Shown here: positions 23,093 through 24,000 of the stretch, piece by piece
How the letters are laid out: every line of letters begins with the position of its first letter
Position numbering within the stretch: the stretch's first letter is position 1
Source of the DNA: Pseudoduganella sp. OTU4001
GTDB lineage: Bacteria > Pseudomonadota > Gammaproteobacteria > Burkholderiales > Burkholderiaceae_D
Assembly (NCBI RefSeq): GCF_038440195.1
Contig: NZ_JASATG010000002.1
Location: 218,198 to 242,197, forward strand
Length of the DNA: 24,000 nt
Direction of reading: 5' to 3'
The notes under the pieces: model-generated
Database searches by the model: none
The model's input: the letters and a program-made list of their open reading frames with translations, nothing else
What the model was told of the DNA's origin: nothing
Translations under genes and position numbers: made by a program

Positions 23093-23100
23093 TAAGCAAG

Positions 23101-24000
23101 ATGTCCGCCCTGCCGCAACACCTCGACATTCACCTGATCCGCATACTCTACCTGCTATTGGTGGAGAAGAACGTGTCGCGCGTGGCGCTCAAGCTCAATC
23201 AGCCGCAACCCTCGATTTCCGCCTCGCTGCGTAAGCTGCGCGAGCTGACCGGCGATCCCCTGCTGGTGCGCGGCGCGCGCGGCATGGTGCCGACCCAGCA
23301 TGGCGAGAGCCTGCTCAAGCCGGCCAAGCGTATCCTGGACGAAGCCGAGTCCCTGTTTGTCAAAAAGACGCCCTTCGTGCCGCAGGAGGAAGCGCGCACT
23401 TTCAATATCGCCGCACCGGATTACCTGGACAGCCAGTTCCTGCCGAATGTGGTGGCAATGCTACGCCGCGGCTCGCCCAAGAGCCGGGTGGTGATCCACT
23501 CCATCGGCCCCGGCACCGACTATTTGCGCCTGCTGTCGGACGGAGACATGGACCTGGTGATCGCCAACTGGGACGAACCGCCGCAGCACCTGCACATCTC
23601 CAAGCTGTTCGAAGACCCGATCATCTGCGCCATGCACGCCGCCAGTCCCTACGCCAAACGCACACCCGCCGATGGCATGACGCTGGACGACTATCTCTCC
23701 CTGCCCCACGTCGCGCCCTCGCAGATGGTGCCCGGCTATGGCGGCGTGATCGACGCCTTCCTCGAACGCCAGGGACTGCGCCGCAACGTCGCCGTGGAAT
23801 CGGCCTATTTCAGCCTGATCCCCTACATGCTGGCACAGACCGACCTGGTGCTGACTACCGGCCGCCAGTTCCTGCGTTTCTACGAGAACTCCCTGCCGCT
23901 AAAGTTCTTCAACATACCGGTCAAGTTCCCTCCGATGCGTTTCTACCAGCTGTGGCACGAACGCGTGCACCAGGCGCCCGAACACAAATGGCTGCGCGAC
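23101..24000 (+). CDS. LysR-family transcriptional regulator, 3' end beyond the window (300 codons seen)
   Basis: Absent from the ORF track because it has no stop in the window. I translated frame 1 from the ATG at 23101 to 24000 and found no stop: MSALPQHLDIHLIRILYLLLVEKNVSRVALKLNQPQPSISASLRKLRELTGDPLLVRGARGMVPTQHGE... (wHTH), then a substrate-binding domain (...DLVIANWDEPPQHLHISKLFEDP...FYQLWHERVHQAPEHKWLRD). Divergent from puuD. Confidence 0.87.
   Translation, partial: MSALPQHLDIHLIRILYLLLVEKNVSRVALKLNQPQPSISASLRKLRELTGDPLLVRGARGMVPTQHGESLLKPAKRILDEAESLFVKKTPFVPQEEARTFNIAAPDYLDSQFLPNVVAMLRRGSPKSRVVIHSIGPGTDYLRLLSDGDMDLVIANWDEPPQHLHISKLFEDPIICAMHAASPYAKRTPADGMTLDDYLSLPHVAPSQMVPGYGGVIDAFLERQGLRRNVAVESAYFSLIPYMLAQTDLVLTTGRQFLRFYENSLPLKFFNIPVKFPPMRFYQLWHERVHQAPEHKWLRD

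Overview
GC-rich, strongly GC3-biased chromosomal segment. Protein similarities and an E. coli-type LexA box suggest a betaproteobacterium, possibly Oxalobacteraceae-like; that placement is an inference. I support 21 protein-coding genes, densely packed on both strands. In order they are: the 3' end of a TonB-dependent receptor; a secreted GH63 glucosidase (YgjK orthologue); a minus-strand operon of SDR oxidoreductase, EbgA, EbgC and an APC-family permease; two small uncharacterised membrane proteins; a LysR regulator divergent from a DJ-1/PfpI plus ABM-monooxygenase pair; DNA polymerase II (polB) with a consensus SOS box; a small beta-barrel OMP; a divergent pair of secreted peptidases (S41 and S9); two more small OMP paralogues in tandem; a minus-strand operon of cytochrome-c urate hydroxylase PuuD, an M20 hydrolase and a hotdog thioesterase; and a divergent LysR regulator that runs off the 3' edge and is missing from the ORF track. 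I found no tRNA or rRNA genes, CRISPR arrays, IS elements, integrases, phage genes or recognisable defence systems. The window looks like ordinary chromosome rather than an island. The observations most worth follow-up are: (1) the ebgAC/ygjI/ygjK linkage known from E. coli, whose substrate is unknown, recurs here with a TonB receptor and an SDR added and with no EbgR; (2) polB has a perfect CTGT-N8-ACAG box abutting a TATAAT that lies only 6 nt from the ATG, which suggests a leaderless SOS-controlled mRNA; (3) puuD overlaps an ArgE/DapE-like M20 hydrolase start by 1 nt, and a thioesterase follows; (4) three paralogous small OMP genes bracket the peptidase pair, two share a 13-nt promoter element, and one is shortened. 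All functional links are inference from sequence reading; no database search was possible. The many long opposite-strand ORFs in the track are GC-driven shadow ORFs and were rejected.
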